A stretch of DNA of 53,354 bases from a virus. Taxonomy: Duplodnaviria; Caudoviricetes. Both the position numbers and the translations under genes were made by a program. The stretch is taken from the IMG/VR virus record IMGVR_UViG_3300031539_000043, positions 1 to 53,354 of that record. One strand, given 5' to 3'. Of this stretch, positions 1-9,473 are shown piece by piece (position 1 is the stretch's first letter; each line of letters begins with the position of its first letter). The notes under the pieces were generated by a model. It worked only from the letters and a program-made list of their open reading frames with translations. It was not told where the DNA came from and ran no database searches.

Positions 1-2
1 CA

Positions 3-818
3 TTATTAGAGCAAGCATATTCAGGTATTACTGATGATACTATATTAGATCCTGAATCAATTTATTTTACACTTGTTTATGACGCCGGATATCCAGCAGA
101 TGTTAAAACTGCTATAAGCACTTTATGTCAAACGAGACGTGACTGTGTTGGTATTTTAGATAACGGTGATAATGCAACAGTAAACGCTGCATTAGCTACT
201 AGAAATAATACTAATACATTTAATAATTATTTTGTTTCTCTTTATGAACCATTCAATAAAGTATCAGATCCATTTACAGGGGCAGACGTTTGGTTTTCTC
301 CAGTATATCATATGTCATATTTATTACCAAGAAATGATAATGTTGCTGAATTGTGGTTTGCTGCTGCAGGATTCAATAGAGGTGCAATTGATTCAATTAA
401 AGAAATGAGATACAACCCTAGATTGGGTCAACGAGATCAAATGTACTTAAAGCAATTAAATCCAATTGTTAAATTTGCTCAAGGACATGTAGTGTGGGGG
501 CAGTTAACTAGTCAGGCTAAAGCTTCAGCACTTCAAGATCTAAATATTGTAAGACTTGTTTTATATGCTAAAAGAGCTTTAGAACAATTTTGTAGATTTT
601 TTGTTTTCGAACAAAATGATGAAATTACATGGGGTCAAGTTGCAGGTAGTATTGTTGATTTCCTAGAAGTGATTAAACAAAATAGAGGATTAGATTCATA
701 TGAGGTAGATGTGGGTGCAACCGAATACGAAAGAAAAACAAAGATATTTCATGTTGACGTTACTTTACAACCTACACGAGTTGTAGAAAAAATTGAACTA
801 AACTTCTTCATTAAATAA
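3..818 (+). CDS. Contractile tail sheath protein, C-terminal part (5'-truncated by window edge)
   Basis: Frame is open from base 3 (LLEQAYSG...TRRDCVGILD) into the 312..818 ORF. WFAAAGFNRG, LNPIV, WGQLT, LNIVRL, FEQNDEITW and LQPTRVVEKIELNF are typical sheath C-terminal motifs. Confidence 0.92.
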   Translation, partial: LLEQAYSGITDDTILDPESIYFTLVYDAGYPADVKTAISTLCQTRRDCVGILDNGDNATVNAALATRNNTNTFNNYFVSLYEPFNKVSDPFTGADVWFSPVYHMSYLLPRNDNVAELWFAAAGFNRGAIDSIKEMRYNPRLGQRDQMYLKQLNPIVKFAQGHVVWGQLTSQAKASALQDLNIVRLVLYAKRALEQFCRFFVFEQNDEITWGQVAGSIVDFLEVIKQNRGLDSYEVDVGATEYERKTKIFHVDVTLQPTRVVEKIELNFFIK

Positions 819-820
819 GC

Positions 821-865
821 AAAAAAATAACGGGGAAACATTTACTTAATTTCCCCGTTATTTTT
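821..865. terminator. Bidirectional rho-independent terminator
   Basis: Inverted repeat AAAAATAACGGGGAAA...TTTCCCCGTTATTTTT with A/T tails on both sides, between convergent genes ending at 818 and 869. Confidence 0.85.
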
Positions 866-868
866 CCG

Positions 869-1300
869 TCATTTTACCAACTGAAGTAAAGCTTCATCTG
901 ACATCCCATACTCGTCTAACTCAACCATTCTTTTTAATGCCTTTCCATAATTTTTCAATTGATTTACTAGATATAAATTAAAACATATAAACGTGGTCAT
1001 ATATACCTCTTTATCATTATACATAAAAGTATTTGGATTAAAGTGATGATCAATGCGGGTTTCAATACATAATCCCAGATCAGTTATCACTTGGTTGATT
1101 TTGTCAAATGTATGATGGTGAATTAAAGCATCTGGGAGGACAGTTAATGGAGTAGTCTTAATTGATTCCATAACCATTCTAAGATATTCAATGTTACAAT
1201 GTCTAAATTCATCATCAAAAAATCCAGAAGCTTCTCTTATTGAAAGAACATTATCCAGTTCAAAAGTTAATGGTAATGCTACGAACATTAAAGTTAACAT
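869..1300 (-). CDS. Hypothetical protein
   Basis: 143-aa ORF, last gene of the minus-strand block; no motif recognised. Confidence 0.7.
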   Translation of the reverse strand: MLTLMFVALPLTFELDNVLSIREASGFFDDEFRHCNIEYLRMVMESIKTTPLTVLPDALIHHHTFDKINQVITDLGLCIETRIDHHFNPNTFMYNDKEVYMTTFICFNLYLVNQLKNYGKALKRMVELDEYGMSDEALLQLVK

Positions 1301-1467
1301 TTTTTTTTATCCTTTATATTTTTGTATTTAGATGTTAATTTTGATATACACTGAACTCCTTCGGTAATCAATATAAGTTCTTCACCACAATCAATACATT
1401 TTATTACAAACCTATGATATTTAATTGGTTCTTTTTTAATATTTTTTCTTTTTAATATATTAAACAT
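1294..1467 (-). CDS. Small basic CxxC protein (57 aa, not in ORF track)
   Basis: Manual translation MFNILKRKNIKKEPIKYHRFVIKCIDCGEELILITEGVQCISKLTSKYKNIKDKKKC*. AAGGAG RBS upstream; overlaps next gene via ATGTTAA. Confidence 0.65.
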   Translation of the reverse strand: MFNILKRKNIKKEPIKYHRFVIKCIDCGEELILITEGVQCISKLTSKYKNIKDKKKC

Positions 1468-1479
1468 ATTATCTCCTTA

Positions 1480-2001
1480 CTAGTGATAACTGAATTGTAT
1501 ATGAGGTAAATTTTTAAAAGTATTTCCATGTTCAATCATACTCTCAAATGAACTATTTTCATCACAATAAACAAGGCGATAAATATAACCTTCCCCATAC
1601 TTTGTTAATAAAAATTTAATATATTCTTTAGCTTCTTGAAATCTAATGTCATATTGATAGTTCATCCACTTTTTAGCTTCTCCAGAAATTTTATGTATAT
1701 CATACATATCACCAGTCCACCCTTCTTCAAGTTCCTCACTAGATTTAAATAAAAGCTTTTTATCAATTACAATATCCTCAAAGAGATGCCCCTCTTCTAG
1801 ATCAGTTAAGTATACTACATGAGCATCTTTAGCTGACAGTAAGGTAGGCATTTGATGTAAATCATCTTTTAAAACTCGGTGACAAACATCAACTCTATTT
1901 ATATGTTGAAACACATCATCAAATTCTAAAACTCTTTTTGGAAACATAACAATAAATGATGATGAAGAACTGTTGGTGACAAAATCTGTTTTTATTTTCA
2001 T
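1480..2001 (-). CDS. FVTNSSS-motif protein, copy 1
   Basis: Starts MKIKTDFVTNSSSSSF; its ATG immediately follows the radical SAM stop codon. Confidence 0.85.
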   Translation of the reverse strand: MKIKTDFVTNSSSSSFIVMFPKRVLEFDDVFQHINRVDVCHRVLKDDLHQMPTLLSAKDAHVVYLTDLEEGHLFEDIVIDKKLLFKSSEELEEGWTGDMYDIHKISGEAKKWMNYQYDIRFQEAKEYIKFLLTKYGEGYIYRLVYCDENSSFESMIEHGNTFKNLPHIQFSYH

Positions 2002-3033
2002 CTAGAATCCAGCTGGACATGTGTATGGATTTTTCTTTAAGATTTTTCTAAATCTTTCAAATTCAGGTGCATTATTCCAAACTTTAAAGATAGACTTTTT
2101 CTTTAAAGAAACACCACATTTTTTATGGTCTGCAAAACTACATGGAATTAGATGCATACTTGGAGAAATATATACAGACATTCTAGAACTTTCACATGAG
2201 TCAACAGACATCTTCTGTAGATCATTCATTTCTACATATTGAAGAACATGATTTACAAGGCAAGAATCCATACCAACCTTCATTTTACAAGAAGATTCTA
2301 TAATCCTTTCTGAAAAAGTTTTTAACTGATATGGGGTTGGGGTAAAATCAATGAGATCCAACGCCTGACCTTGTGGTTTAAACAATAGAAATACTATAGC
2401 ATTCAACTTATTTATGTCAAACAATGTTGATTGATTTCCATTTGTTCTCCATGGATTGTATCCAAAAATAATTTTTATAGCGTCTTCGTATGTATGTCTG
2501 GTTAATATAAAATGAATATTAGTTTTAATTTTGGCATTAGTTAATCTTTGTAAAGCTGAATATGAATAATCTTTTCTATAATCTGACACTGCTACAGCAC
2601 CCGCATATTTTTTGGATATTTCAATATGTTCATCTGTTAATCCATTTCCACTTGTAGTGTAGTTTGGAACAACATTATTTTCCCGACAATATTCAAGAAT
2701 CTCTTTAAAGTTTTCATGAAGATTGGGGTCACCTCTTCCACCCAGAGCTACTTGGTTTACATGGTATTTTGCTTCATCTATTATTTTTTTGAAATTGTCA
2801 AGGGTCATGTTATCTTCATATTCACGACCCTGGTAACAAATTTCACAATTGTTTATACAATGTCCCATGATTCCAACATCTAACATAGATGGAAATTCCA
2901 ACTGAAAGGGGTCTGGATGCCCGTTGATGCCTCTTAAGACTTCAATCCCAGTGTTGGTGTTAAACAAAAGTTCGTATTCATCATTAGAGAATTGTTTGTC
3001 AAATTCTCCAACCATAAAAGTATTATCTGACAT
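2002..3033 (-). CDS. Radical SAM protein with C-terminal SPASM/twitch-like cysteines
   Basis: CxxxCxxC (CINNCEIC), GGRGDP, NYTTSG; C-terminal SCES...PCSF...CP. Start placed at MSDNTF (3033), overlapping the upstream gene end; ORF track extends to 3111. Confidence 0.9.
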   Translation of the reverse strand: MSDNTFMVGEFDKQFSNDEYELLFNTNTGIEVLRGINGHPDPFQLEFPSMLDVGIMGHCINNCEICYQGREYEDNMTLDNFKKIIDEAKYHVNQVALGGRGDPNLHENFKEILEYCRENNVVPNYTTSGNGLTDEHIEISKKYAGAVAVSDYRKDYSYSALQRLTNAKIKTNIHFILTRHTYEDAIKIIFGYNPWRTNGNQSTLFDINKLNAIVFLLFKPQGQALDLIDFTPTPYQLKTFSERIIESSCKMKVGMDSCLVNHVLQYVEMNDLQKMSVDSCESSRMSVYISPSMHLIPCSFADHKKCGVSLKKKSIFKVWNNAPEFERFRKILKKNPYTCPAGF

Positions 3034-3289
3034 TTTCAATAATTTCTTCATCTTTGATTTTGTTTTCCTCTTCACTAATAACCTCCAATCTTTTAAGAAT
3101 GTCAAATTCATATATAGATCTTAAAGCAAATACTAATAACATAACCATAAGAGCAGAGACTTTACCAAAGCCAAGTGTAAAAATAAATATCGCTATTAAT
3201 ATCATATCTCCAAAATTTGATCTTTTATAATCAAAATTTGTCTTATAAATAAATTTTAAGAGTTTTGTTACTAAAATTTTTTTGTTCAT
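3023..3289 (-). CDS. Small membrane protein
   Basis: 88 aa with a long hydrophobic stretch; overlaps both neighbours. Confidence 0.65.
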   Translation of the reverse strand: MNKKILVTKLLKFIYKTNFDYKRSNFGDMILIAIFIFTLGFGKVSALMVMLLVFALRSIYEFDILKRLEVISEEENKIKDEEIIENVR

Positions 3290-4359
3290 GTTGTTGTTTT
3301 CTCCTTTATTTGTTTTATATGTTGTTCAATAATTTTAATACATAAATCATCAACTTTTATTAATTGAGGTTTTTTTGGAAGAATACTATTTTTATATATT
3401 TCTTCTAGTTCATCATTTACTTTGTCAAATTTTTCCATGAGTTGTTCAAAAGAATATAACCCATTTTTAATAGCTAATAAATGTTCTCTATCTGGTCTTG
3501 GTAAAGTAATTTTTCCGGTTGTTAATAATTCCTGGCATTCTTCCACCAGACGATAAAGATGCATTGCATGTTTTGTATCATAATTAAACTTTGCTTCTAG
3601 TTTTGCTCTAGCAGGATTCCTATTTTTTAACCAATTTTGATATTGAGTCCAATGTATAAGAGCGGATGAATATGCTTTTTCTCTTTCAAGGGCATACATT
3701 ATATTATCACTTAAAGGAACAATTGTACCAATTGCTTTAAAATCAAGTTTACTTGTATTTTCAATAATGGCTTTATAGTTATGAACTTCTTCCATTTCAA
3801 GAAGACTATCTTTTAACTCATGATATGTACCAATTTGTTTTAAGTAATTTGCAATGATTTCATTAAATGCTCCAATCTTATCTCTGGATAAAAGAGATTT
3901 ATGAGGGGGTAAATCAAAATCTTTTCTTTCAGGTTTTTTCTTTGGAGGAGTTAATAACCAAGATCTATGGTTTTTAATTTTTTTCATTTGTGAAAATGCA
4001 TAACCTGTAAAAGTATGTTTAGCTTTACTTGATATAAATAAATCTTTATTTTCAATAATTATATCCCATTCTTTAGATGAAATTATCATCTGTGAAGATG
4101 GAATAAAAAAATATTCAATAATATTCGGATTACATTTTAAAGCAAGTTTAAAAAAATGTTTGATATTATAATATTCTGTATCAGTTACTTTATCTGAAAA
4201 TCTTTCAGCTTGTCTGGCAAACCCTAGCACATTTTCTCTGGGTGGAAGGAATACCCCTCTTGTATCTATATCTGAATCAGGGGTATTCGTTCCATAGAGA
4301 TTACTGCCAGTTATAAATGCTGATATTAGTTTACTTCCTTTTGGCAGTTTAATCGACAC
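3286..4359 (-). CDS. DNA polymerase beta-superfamily nucleotidyltransferase (RlaP/YcgL-like)
   Basis: GSNLYGTNTPDSDIDTRG (GS...DxD), CNPNIIE, YDTKHAMHLYRL, LLAIKNG. Confidence 0.85.
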   Translation of the reverse strand: MSIKLPKGSKLISAFITGSNLYGTNTPDSDIDTRGVFLPPRENVLGFARQAERFSDKVTDTEYYNIKHFFKLALKCNPNIIEYFFIPSSQMIISSKEWDIIIENKDLFISSKAKHTFTGYAFSQMKKIKNHRSWLLTPPKKKPERKDFDLPPHKSLLSRDKIGAFNEIIANYLKQIGTYHELKDSLLEMEEVHNYKAIIENTSKLDFKAIGTIVPLSDNIMYALEREKAYSSALIHWTQYQNWLKNRNPARAKLEAKFNYDTKHAMHLYRLVEECQELLTTGKITLPRPDREHLLAIKNGLYSFEQLMEKFDKVNDELEEIYKNSILPKKPQLIKVDDLCIKIIEQHIKQIKEKTTT

Positions 4360-5704
4360 TTATTATATTCCTCCTCTCCATAAAATCTGTTATTATTTTT
4401 GTTAAATTATCTTTATTGTTTAAATTAGGATCATCTAATATACTCTCCAATAAAAGATTTTTTAATTGACCTATTTGTGGTCCTGGTTTTAATCCTGTTA
4501 TTTCCATAATATCTTTTCCATTAATAGCCAATTCATCAAATCTATTTTCACTTCTAGGTTCTAAAGCTTTCTTGATTCTTTCAAAATCTGCTCTAATGGT
4601 TTGATATGGATATGGCCCTTTTATAATATTAGCTTTTGTGTCTGCAAGTTTTAATCTATACAGATCCATTAAATCAATATCATGCTCACCCAATTTATGA
4701 GCAAGTTTTCTTATTGATTTCTCAGATGAAAAAGTATTCATATGAAGTCTAACAAGAGTTGTAATATATTCAATCTCTTTACTTGAAAAAGTTAAATGTT
4801 TTAATTCCTCTAAAAGCAAATATTTGCCATCAACGTCATGAGAAGTAAATTTAACATCTTTAGTTTTTACATTATATTGACATGCTGGAGGTTTCCCAAC
4901 ATCATGTAAATATGTAGCTAACTTTATTAATGGATACTTTGATGATATGTTATCACCAGCCAATAGAGAGTGTGTAATAATTGACTCTCTATGATGTATT
5001 CCATGAACATCAAAATAATAACAGCAATCCAATGATGGAAAGATATATTGTAAAACATCAATCTCATGCAACGCATTAAAGAATACACTTGCATATCGAG
5101 CTTTCATTGCTTTCAAAACTTCGATTCGGATTCTTTCTGGAGCAACGTAATCCTGAACCAAATGAGCCATTTCTTTTAATGCCTTTTTTGTTTCCGGATC
5201 AAATATTCCGTCAATAACTGCTAAGAACCTACATGCTCTTACGATTCTATTCGGGTCTTCATATATTCGATCTTTTGCATTCCCAACAAATTTGATTCTT
5301 CTTTTCTTGAGATCATTTAATCCTTTATATGGATCAAGAATATCTCCAGTAAATTGACATAATGCCAGTGAGTTAATGGTTAGATCTCTTCTTGCTAAAT
5401 CCTCAAGAATATTTTTTGCTTGTACAACTTGAACATCTTTATCATTTAACCCTTTATATACATCTTTTCTAAATGTAGCTACTTCAATTCCGTCAACAAA
5501 AATAACTTTAAAATAGGTTCCTCCGGTTGCTATTTTATGTCCTTTAAATAATTTCTCAATTTGTTCTGAGGTTGCTGAAGTTGCAATATCTATATCTGCT
5601 GGATTTTTTCCATCTAATAAATCTCTAACAGCACCACCCACGATATAGGTATCGTATCCGAAATCACATAATCTATTTATAATATAAGTCGCTGTAGCTT
5701 TCAT
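4349..5704 (-). CDS. cca: CCA-adding enzyme / tRNA nucleotidyltransferase with HD domain
   Basis: VGGAVRD, DIDIAT, EVATFR, DLARRDLTINS, EDPNRIVRACRF, ERIRIE, LHDVGKP, ING.DIM...PGPQIG. Confidence 0.9.
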   Translation of the reverse strand: MKATATYIINRLCDFGYDTYIVGGAVRDLLDGKNPADIDIATSATSEQIEKLFKGHKIATGGTYFKVIFVDGIEVATFRKDVYKGLNDKDVQVVQAKNILEDLARRDLTINSLALCQFTGDILDPYKGLNDLKKRRIKFVGNAKDRIYEDPNRIVRACRFLAVIDGIFDPETKKALKEMAHLVQDYVAPERIRIEVLKAMKARYASVFFNALHEIDVLQYIFPSLDCCYYFDVHGIHHRESIITHSLLAGDNISSKYPLIKLATYLHDVGKPPACQYNVKTKDVKFTSHDVDGKYLLLEELKHLTFSSKEIEYITTLVRLHMNTFSSEKSIRKLAHKLGEHDIDLMDLYRLKLADTKANIIKGPYPYQTIRADFERIKKALEPRSENRFDELAINGKDIMEITGLKPGPQIGQLKNLLLESILDDPNLNNKDNLTKIITDFMERRNIISVD

Positions 5705-5709
5705 GTAAA

Positions 5710-5880
5710 TTATTCTCCTTTAAGTTTCCAGACATTCATAACGTCTTGCATAAAAAATGTATGTACTCCAACTCCTTCTGATGTTACTGCTATAGTTCGT
5801 ATTATCCACCCACCGTAAACTCTCAATCTACTTGTATCATCATCTATTTTCTCAAATTTTTTAGAATATTCAATAGCCAT
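5710..5880 (-). CDS. Small hypothetical protein (56 aa, not in ORF track)
   Basis: Manual translation MAIEYSKKFEKIDDDTSRLRVYGGWIIRTIAVTSEGVGVHTFFMQDVMNVWKLKGE*; AAGGAG RBS upstream. Confidence 0.7.
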   Translation of the reverse strand: MAIEYSKKFEKIDDDTSRLRVYGGWIIRTIAVTSEGVGVHTFFMQDVMNVWKLKGE

Positions 5881-5974
5881 TTTTATCTCCTTTATTATAA
5901 GTTTAAAAAATCCTTTTCATTTATTAATATATATAGAAATAACTTTCTTAATGAAACCAACCTTCTTAAAAATA

Positions 5975-5990
5975 TAGAACAAAATATAAA
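5975..5990 (+). promoter_or_regulatory. Putative late promoter TAGAACAAAATATAAA (copy 1)
   Basis: Identical 16-mer at 23453..23468 (minus); lies just upstream of the RBS of the first gene of the plus-strand structural operon. Confidence 0.65.
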
Positions 5991-6007
5991 TTGGAGAATA
6001 AATTAAT

Positions 6008-6502
6008 ATGAATATAATTAACTCTTTTTTAGAAAAATTACACACTGATGAATCAATGTTCTCAATGGATAATTATGCAACTGACGAAGAAGAAGATGAA
6101 AAAATTATATCAGAACAGAAAAATGGATCTGATAAAAAAAGAATAATGATAGATTTAGATGGAACTATTCATAAATATTCTAAAGGATGGAATGGTGGAG
6201 ATATATATGATCCCCCTTTTGAAGGCTCTATAGATGCAATTAAATGGTTGAAGAGCCAGGGGTTTGAAATTATAATATTTACAACTAGAGCATCTAAAGC
6301 TAATAATGAGGAAATGGGTGGAGATTATTTAGATCAATTAAAGAAAATCAAAGAATGGTTAGATGAATATAATGTTCCATATGATGGAATTACAGCTGAT
6401 AAGTTATCAGCTGAATTTTATATTGACGATAAAGCTATTCATATCCCAAATGGAAATTGGGATTTTGTAGTTCAGACTATTCAAAAAAGAATGAGCGTGT
6501 AA
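6008..6502 (+). CDS. HAD-superfamily phosphatase-like protein with acidic N-terminal extension
   Basis: IDLDGT, IFTTR, YIDDKA motifs. Confidence 0.8.
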   Translation: MNIINSFLEKLHTDESMFSMDNYATDEEEDEKIISEQKNGSDKKRIMIDLDGTIHKYSKGWNGGDIYDPPFEGSIDAIKWLKSQGFEIIIFTTRASKANNEEMGGDYLDQLKKIKEWLDEYNVPYDGITADKLSAEFYIDDKAIHIPNGNWDFVVQTIQKRMSV

Positions 6503-6554
6503 TATGCCAAAAAGAGATATTATTCAATAACATATTTTCGGGAGGAAAATTAAA

Positions 6555-7277
6555 ATGGCAATCAAGAATTCTTTTGTTAATGCAACAACCAATCGGTTAA
6601 GTCGTAATTTTGGAGGGACAGTTGCAGGTGTGGCTGACCCATATTTAACCGGGTATCATTTTATATACTTTGCAAAACTTCCAGCATCGTTAATTAAATA
6701 CTCTGGTGGAATTAAGGATGGAGAAATTAAAAGTCTTTTAGCTGGCGCATGTTTATCAGTTACACCACCAGGTGGAACTCTTAACAAGGTAGAATATACT
6801 GGATTAGGTGGGATTAAATTTGCTGTGCCTGGTAATATTGATTATGGTAATAGTGTTTCTGTTAAATTTTTAGAGTTTAATAAATTACCAGTGTTTAATA
6901 TTATGCATGGATGGGTTAAAATGATTAGAGATTATAGAACAGGTGTTTCTAACTTAGTAGAAACAGAAGATGGGATGGGTTATTCAAAATCAACTTATGC
7001 AGGGTTGATGTATTATTGGACAACAGCTCCAGATGCAAAAACTGTTGAATATTATGCATGTTATGATGGTCTGTTTCCAACCAAAGACCCTCAAGATTTA
7101 TTTACAAGTGACGTTGAAACCGTTGGAAGGTTAGATATCGAGATTGAATTCAATGTTGATTATATATGGCATGAAGATTGGGTTAAGAAAAAATGTCAAG
7201 ATTATGCAGATAATATTTTTGCTATTAAAGCGGGCGTTGTAGAACAGTATGGTAATGCTATTTCATCAGCATCATAA
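6555..7277 (+). CDS. Tail tube protein (T4 gp19-like)
   Basis: Size, strong GGAGG RBS, structural context; SVTPPG, SVKFLE, W..MIRD.RTG, YDGLFP, IEFNVD tube-like pattern. Confidence 0.7.
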   Translation: MAIKNSFVNATTNRLSRNFGGTVAGVADPYLTGYHFIYFAKLPASLIKYSGGIKDGEIKSLLAGACLSVTPPGGTLNKVEYTGLGGIKFAVPGNIDYGNSVSVKFLEFNKLPVFNIMHGWVKMIRDYRTGVSNLVETEDGMGYSKSTYAGLMYYWTTAPDAKTVEYYACYDGLFPTKDPQDLFTSDVETVGRLDIEIEFNVDYIWHEDWVKKKCQDYADNIFAIKAGVVEQYGNAISSAS

Positions 7278-7307
7278 AATAAAAAATTATTAGGAGGATG
7301 AGTTATT

Positions 7308-8396
7308 ATGTTTATCACAGAAAATCAAAATATTGCTGAATCAATTTTATTCTTACTTTCAGCACGAGAGTCATTATCTTATATAGTTGAAGGATCTTCA
7401 GTTGACCATAAAGACAAACTGAAAAATTTTTTAATGAATGAAGCATCAGATTATGAGATTATGTATATGTTAATGCATGAAGAAATGCCAAATGAGAAAT
7501 ATGATTTTGCTAATGAAGTTAGACTTTTTAGTAAGTTGAAGGAACAAGTCTTAATTAATTATAAGATTTTGAATAAATATATTGGAGAAAGTGTTCAAAC
7601 ATTTGTTAATGAAGTTGACACAGTTAATCCGTATTATTCTTCAGCTGCTCCACTTTTTGAATTTCAACGTGCATCTAAAAATACTTTAAATGAAGTTTTC
7701 GATAAAGAAGGTGTTGGGTTGCAAAAAGCAATTGATTGGGTTACAAAAAAACGTGAATTTCAACCAATTGATATTGGCAAGTTACAAAAAACTGTTGCGA
7801 ATGCTATTGGATCTACAGGAAGGAAAGCTCTTGCTATGCAAAAGAAAGAGGTTGCTATTAATAACCTGATTCGTAAAGGAGTTGATCCCAGTGTAGCTCG
7901 AAAACTAGTTACTCACCAAATACCTTATATAAAGAATGTTGGTAGTGCTGGTTATGTTAAAGGTGGAGATGCATTATTAAAACAAGGTACCACGGGTGCT
8001 GCCCGAGCAGCTGATCCTGTTGGATTTATAGCAGCTCTTAAATTGAAAGCTCAAGCTGCTGCTCCAGCATTACAAAAAGCAGTAACAAGTCAAGCTGGTA
8101 TGGCTATAGGTGGGGCTGCTCTTGCAGCATTAGCCTTATATGCTTCAGTTAAACTTTATAAAAGATTTATGAGTAAAGCAGCTAAATCATGCGCTGGACA
8201 GTCAGGAAGTGCCAAAACTGTATGTATGAAAAAATATCAACATGGTGCTATAGCTGCTCAAGTAAAAGATTTAGGAGCAGCTATGAATGCTTGTGCTAAA
8301 TCTAAGTCACCAGAAAAATGTAAAATTCCAATTCAAAAGAAAATTTCAAATTTACAAGTTAAAATGCAAAAAATGAAAGCTCAAATATCAGCATAG
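7308..8396 (+). CDS. Putative virion protein, 4-Cys paralog family member 1
   Basis: Shares N-terminal ES(I/L)LFLLS.RE..NEASDY and C-terminal hydrophobic helix plus 4-Cys motif with neighbours. Confidence 0.7.
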   Translation: MFITENQNIAESILFLLSARESLSYIVEGSSVDHKDKLKNFLMNEASDYEIMYMLMHEEMPNEKYDFANEVRLFSKLKEQVLINYKILNKYIGESVQTFVNEVDTVNPYYSSAAPLFEFQRASKNTLNEVFDKEGVGLQKAIDWVTKKREFQPIDIGKLQKTVANAIGSTGRKALAMQKKEVAINNLIRKGVDPSVARKLVTHQIPYIKNVGSAGYVKGGDALLKQGTTGAARAADPVGFIAALKLKAQAAAPALQKAVTSQAGMAIGGAALAALALYASVKLYKRFMSKAAKSCAGQSGSAKTVCMKKYQHGAIAAQVKDLGAAMNACAKSKSPEKCKIPIQKKISNLQVKMQKMKAQISA

Positions 8397-8406
8397 AGGA
8401 TATTAT

Positions 8407-9462
8407 ATGATATTAGCAGAGAACTTTAAATTAAAAGAGTCTCTTTTATTTTTATTATCAATGAGAGAGACTCTTTGTTTATTAATAGATGAATCCAATA
8501 TCTCATATAGAAAAGAATTGAAGTCATTTATAATAAATGAAGCATCTGATTATCAAATAGTGTCTTTAATATTAGATGGTGAACTTCCGTTAAATGAAAC
8601 TCACCATTTTAATGAACTGGTTTTATTTGAAAGAATAAGAATAGAAGTTAAAGAAAATAAAAATCTTGTTTGTGAAATGTTTGGACTTGATATTTTTGAT
8701 GATGTTTCTAAAAAAGTTGATTCCGTTAGTCCGAAATTTTCTACAAGGAAACCTTTATTAGAAGTAGATGATGATAATCCATATAGTATAAAGAATATGC
8801 TAAAGAATGCTGGAAAACCATCAACTAAAGTCATGCCAAGCAAATATAAAATAGATCCTAAAATAAAAGATATGTTAGATTCTGCTAAAAAAGAAGTAGA
8901 TAAGCATCACGCTTCTTTTGATTTAAAACCTAAAGCTGATATAAGTAGTGTCTCAAAGACAATTCCAAAGATAATACCACAACAAACAAGATCAATGCCA
9001 TTAGTGAAAGGAGATGTTAATATAATACCACAACGAATAAAATCAACACCAGCACCTACCCATGATATAGTTAAGAAAACTGTTGGTTTGAGAGCTCAAA
9101 TTACCAAATCATTTAACGATCTTAAACATCAAGCAACATCAGCTACTAATGCAACAACATCGTTTGTTAAAGCTCATCCAGCTGAAATTGCTGGAGTTAT
9201 GTTAGCAGTATTAGCTATTTATGCAAGTGTTAAAATATATAAAAGATTTTATAGTCAAGCTGCTAGATCATGTTCTATATATAAGGGACAGAAAAAAACA
9301 ATTTGTATGAAAAAATTTCAACTTACAGGATATAAAGCACAACTTATGGATTTAAAGAAAGCATCTACTAAATGTGGTTTGACTAAAGATCCTGAAAAAT
9401 GTGTAAGAACAATAAAGAATAAAATGGATAAAATTAATAAAAAAATAAGTAAGGCTGTTTAG
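8407..9462 (+). CDS. Putative virion protein, 4-Cys paralog family member 2
   Basis: Paralog of 7308..8396 at both termini; unrelated Lys/Pro-rich middle. Confidence 0.7.
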   Translation: MILAENFKLKESLLFLLSMRETLCLLIDESNISYRKELKSFIINEASDYQIVSLILDGELPLNETHHFNELVLFERIRIEVKENKNLVCEMFGLDIFDDVSKKVDSVSPKFSTRKPLLEVDDDNPYSIKNMLKNAGKPSTKVMPSKYKIDPKIKDMLDSAKKEVDKHHASFDLKPKADISSVSKTIPKIIPQQTRSMPLVKGDVNIIPQRIKSTPAPTHDIVKKTVGLRAQITKSFNDLKHQATSATNATTSFVKAHPAEIAGVMLAVLAIYASVKIYKRFYSQAARSCSIYKGQKKTICMKKFQLTGYKAQLMDLKKASTKCGLTKDPEKCVRTIKNKMDKINKKISKAV

Positions 9463-9473
9463 AGGATAATACC

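Noticed and set aside
1954-2001. FVTNSSS copies as a DNA repeat, mobile-element end or DGR template/variable repeat
   Set aside because: Copies differ mainly at synonymous sites, similarity stops at about codon 19, and no reverse transcriptase or transposase is present.
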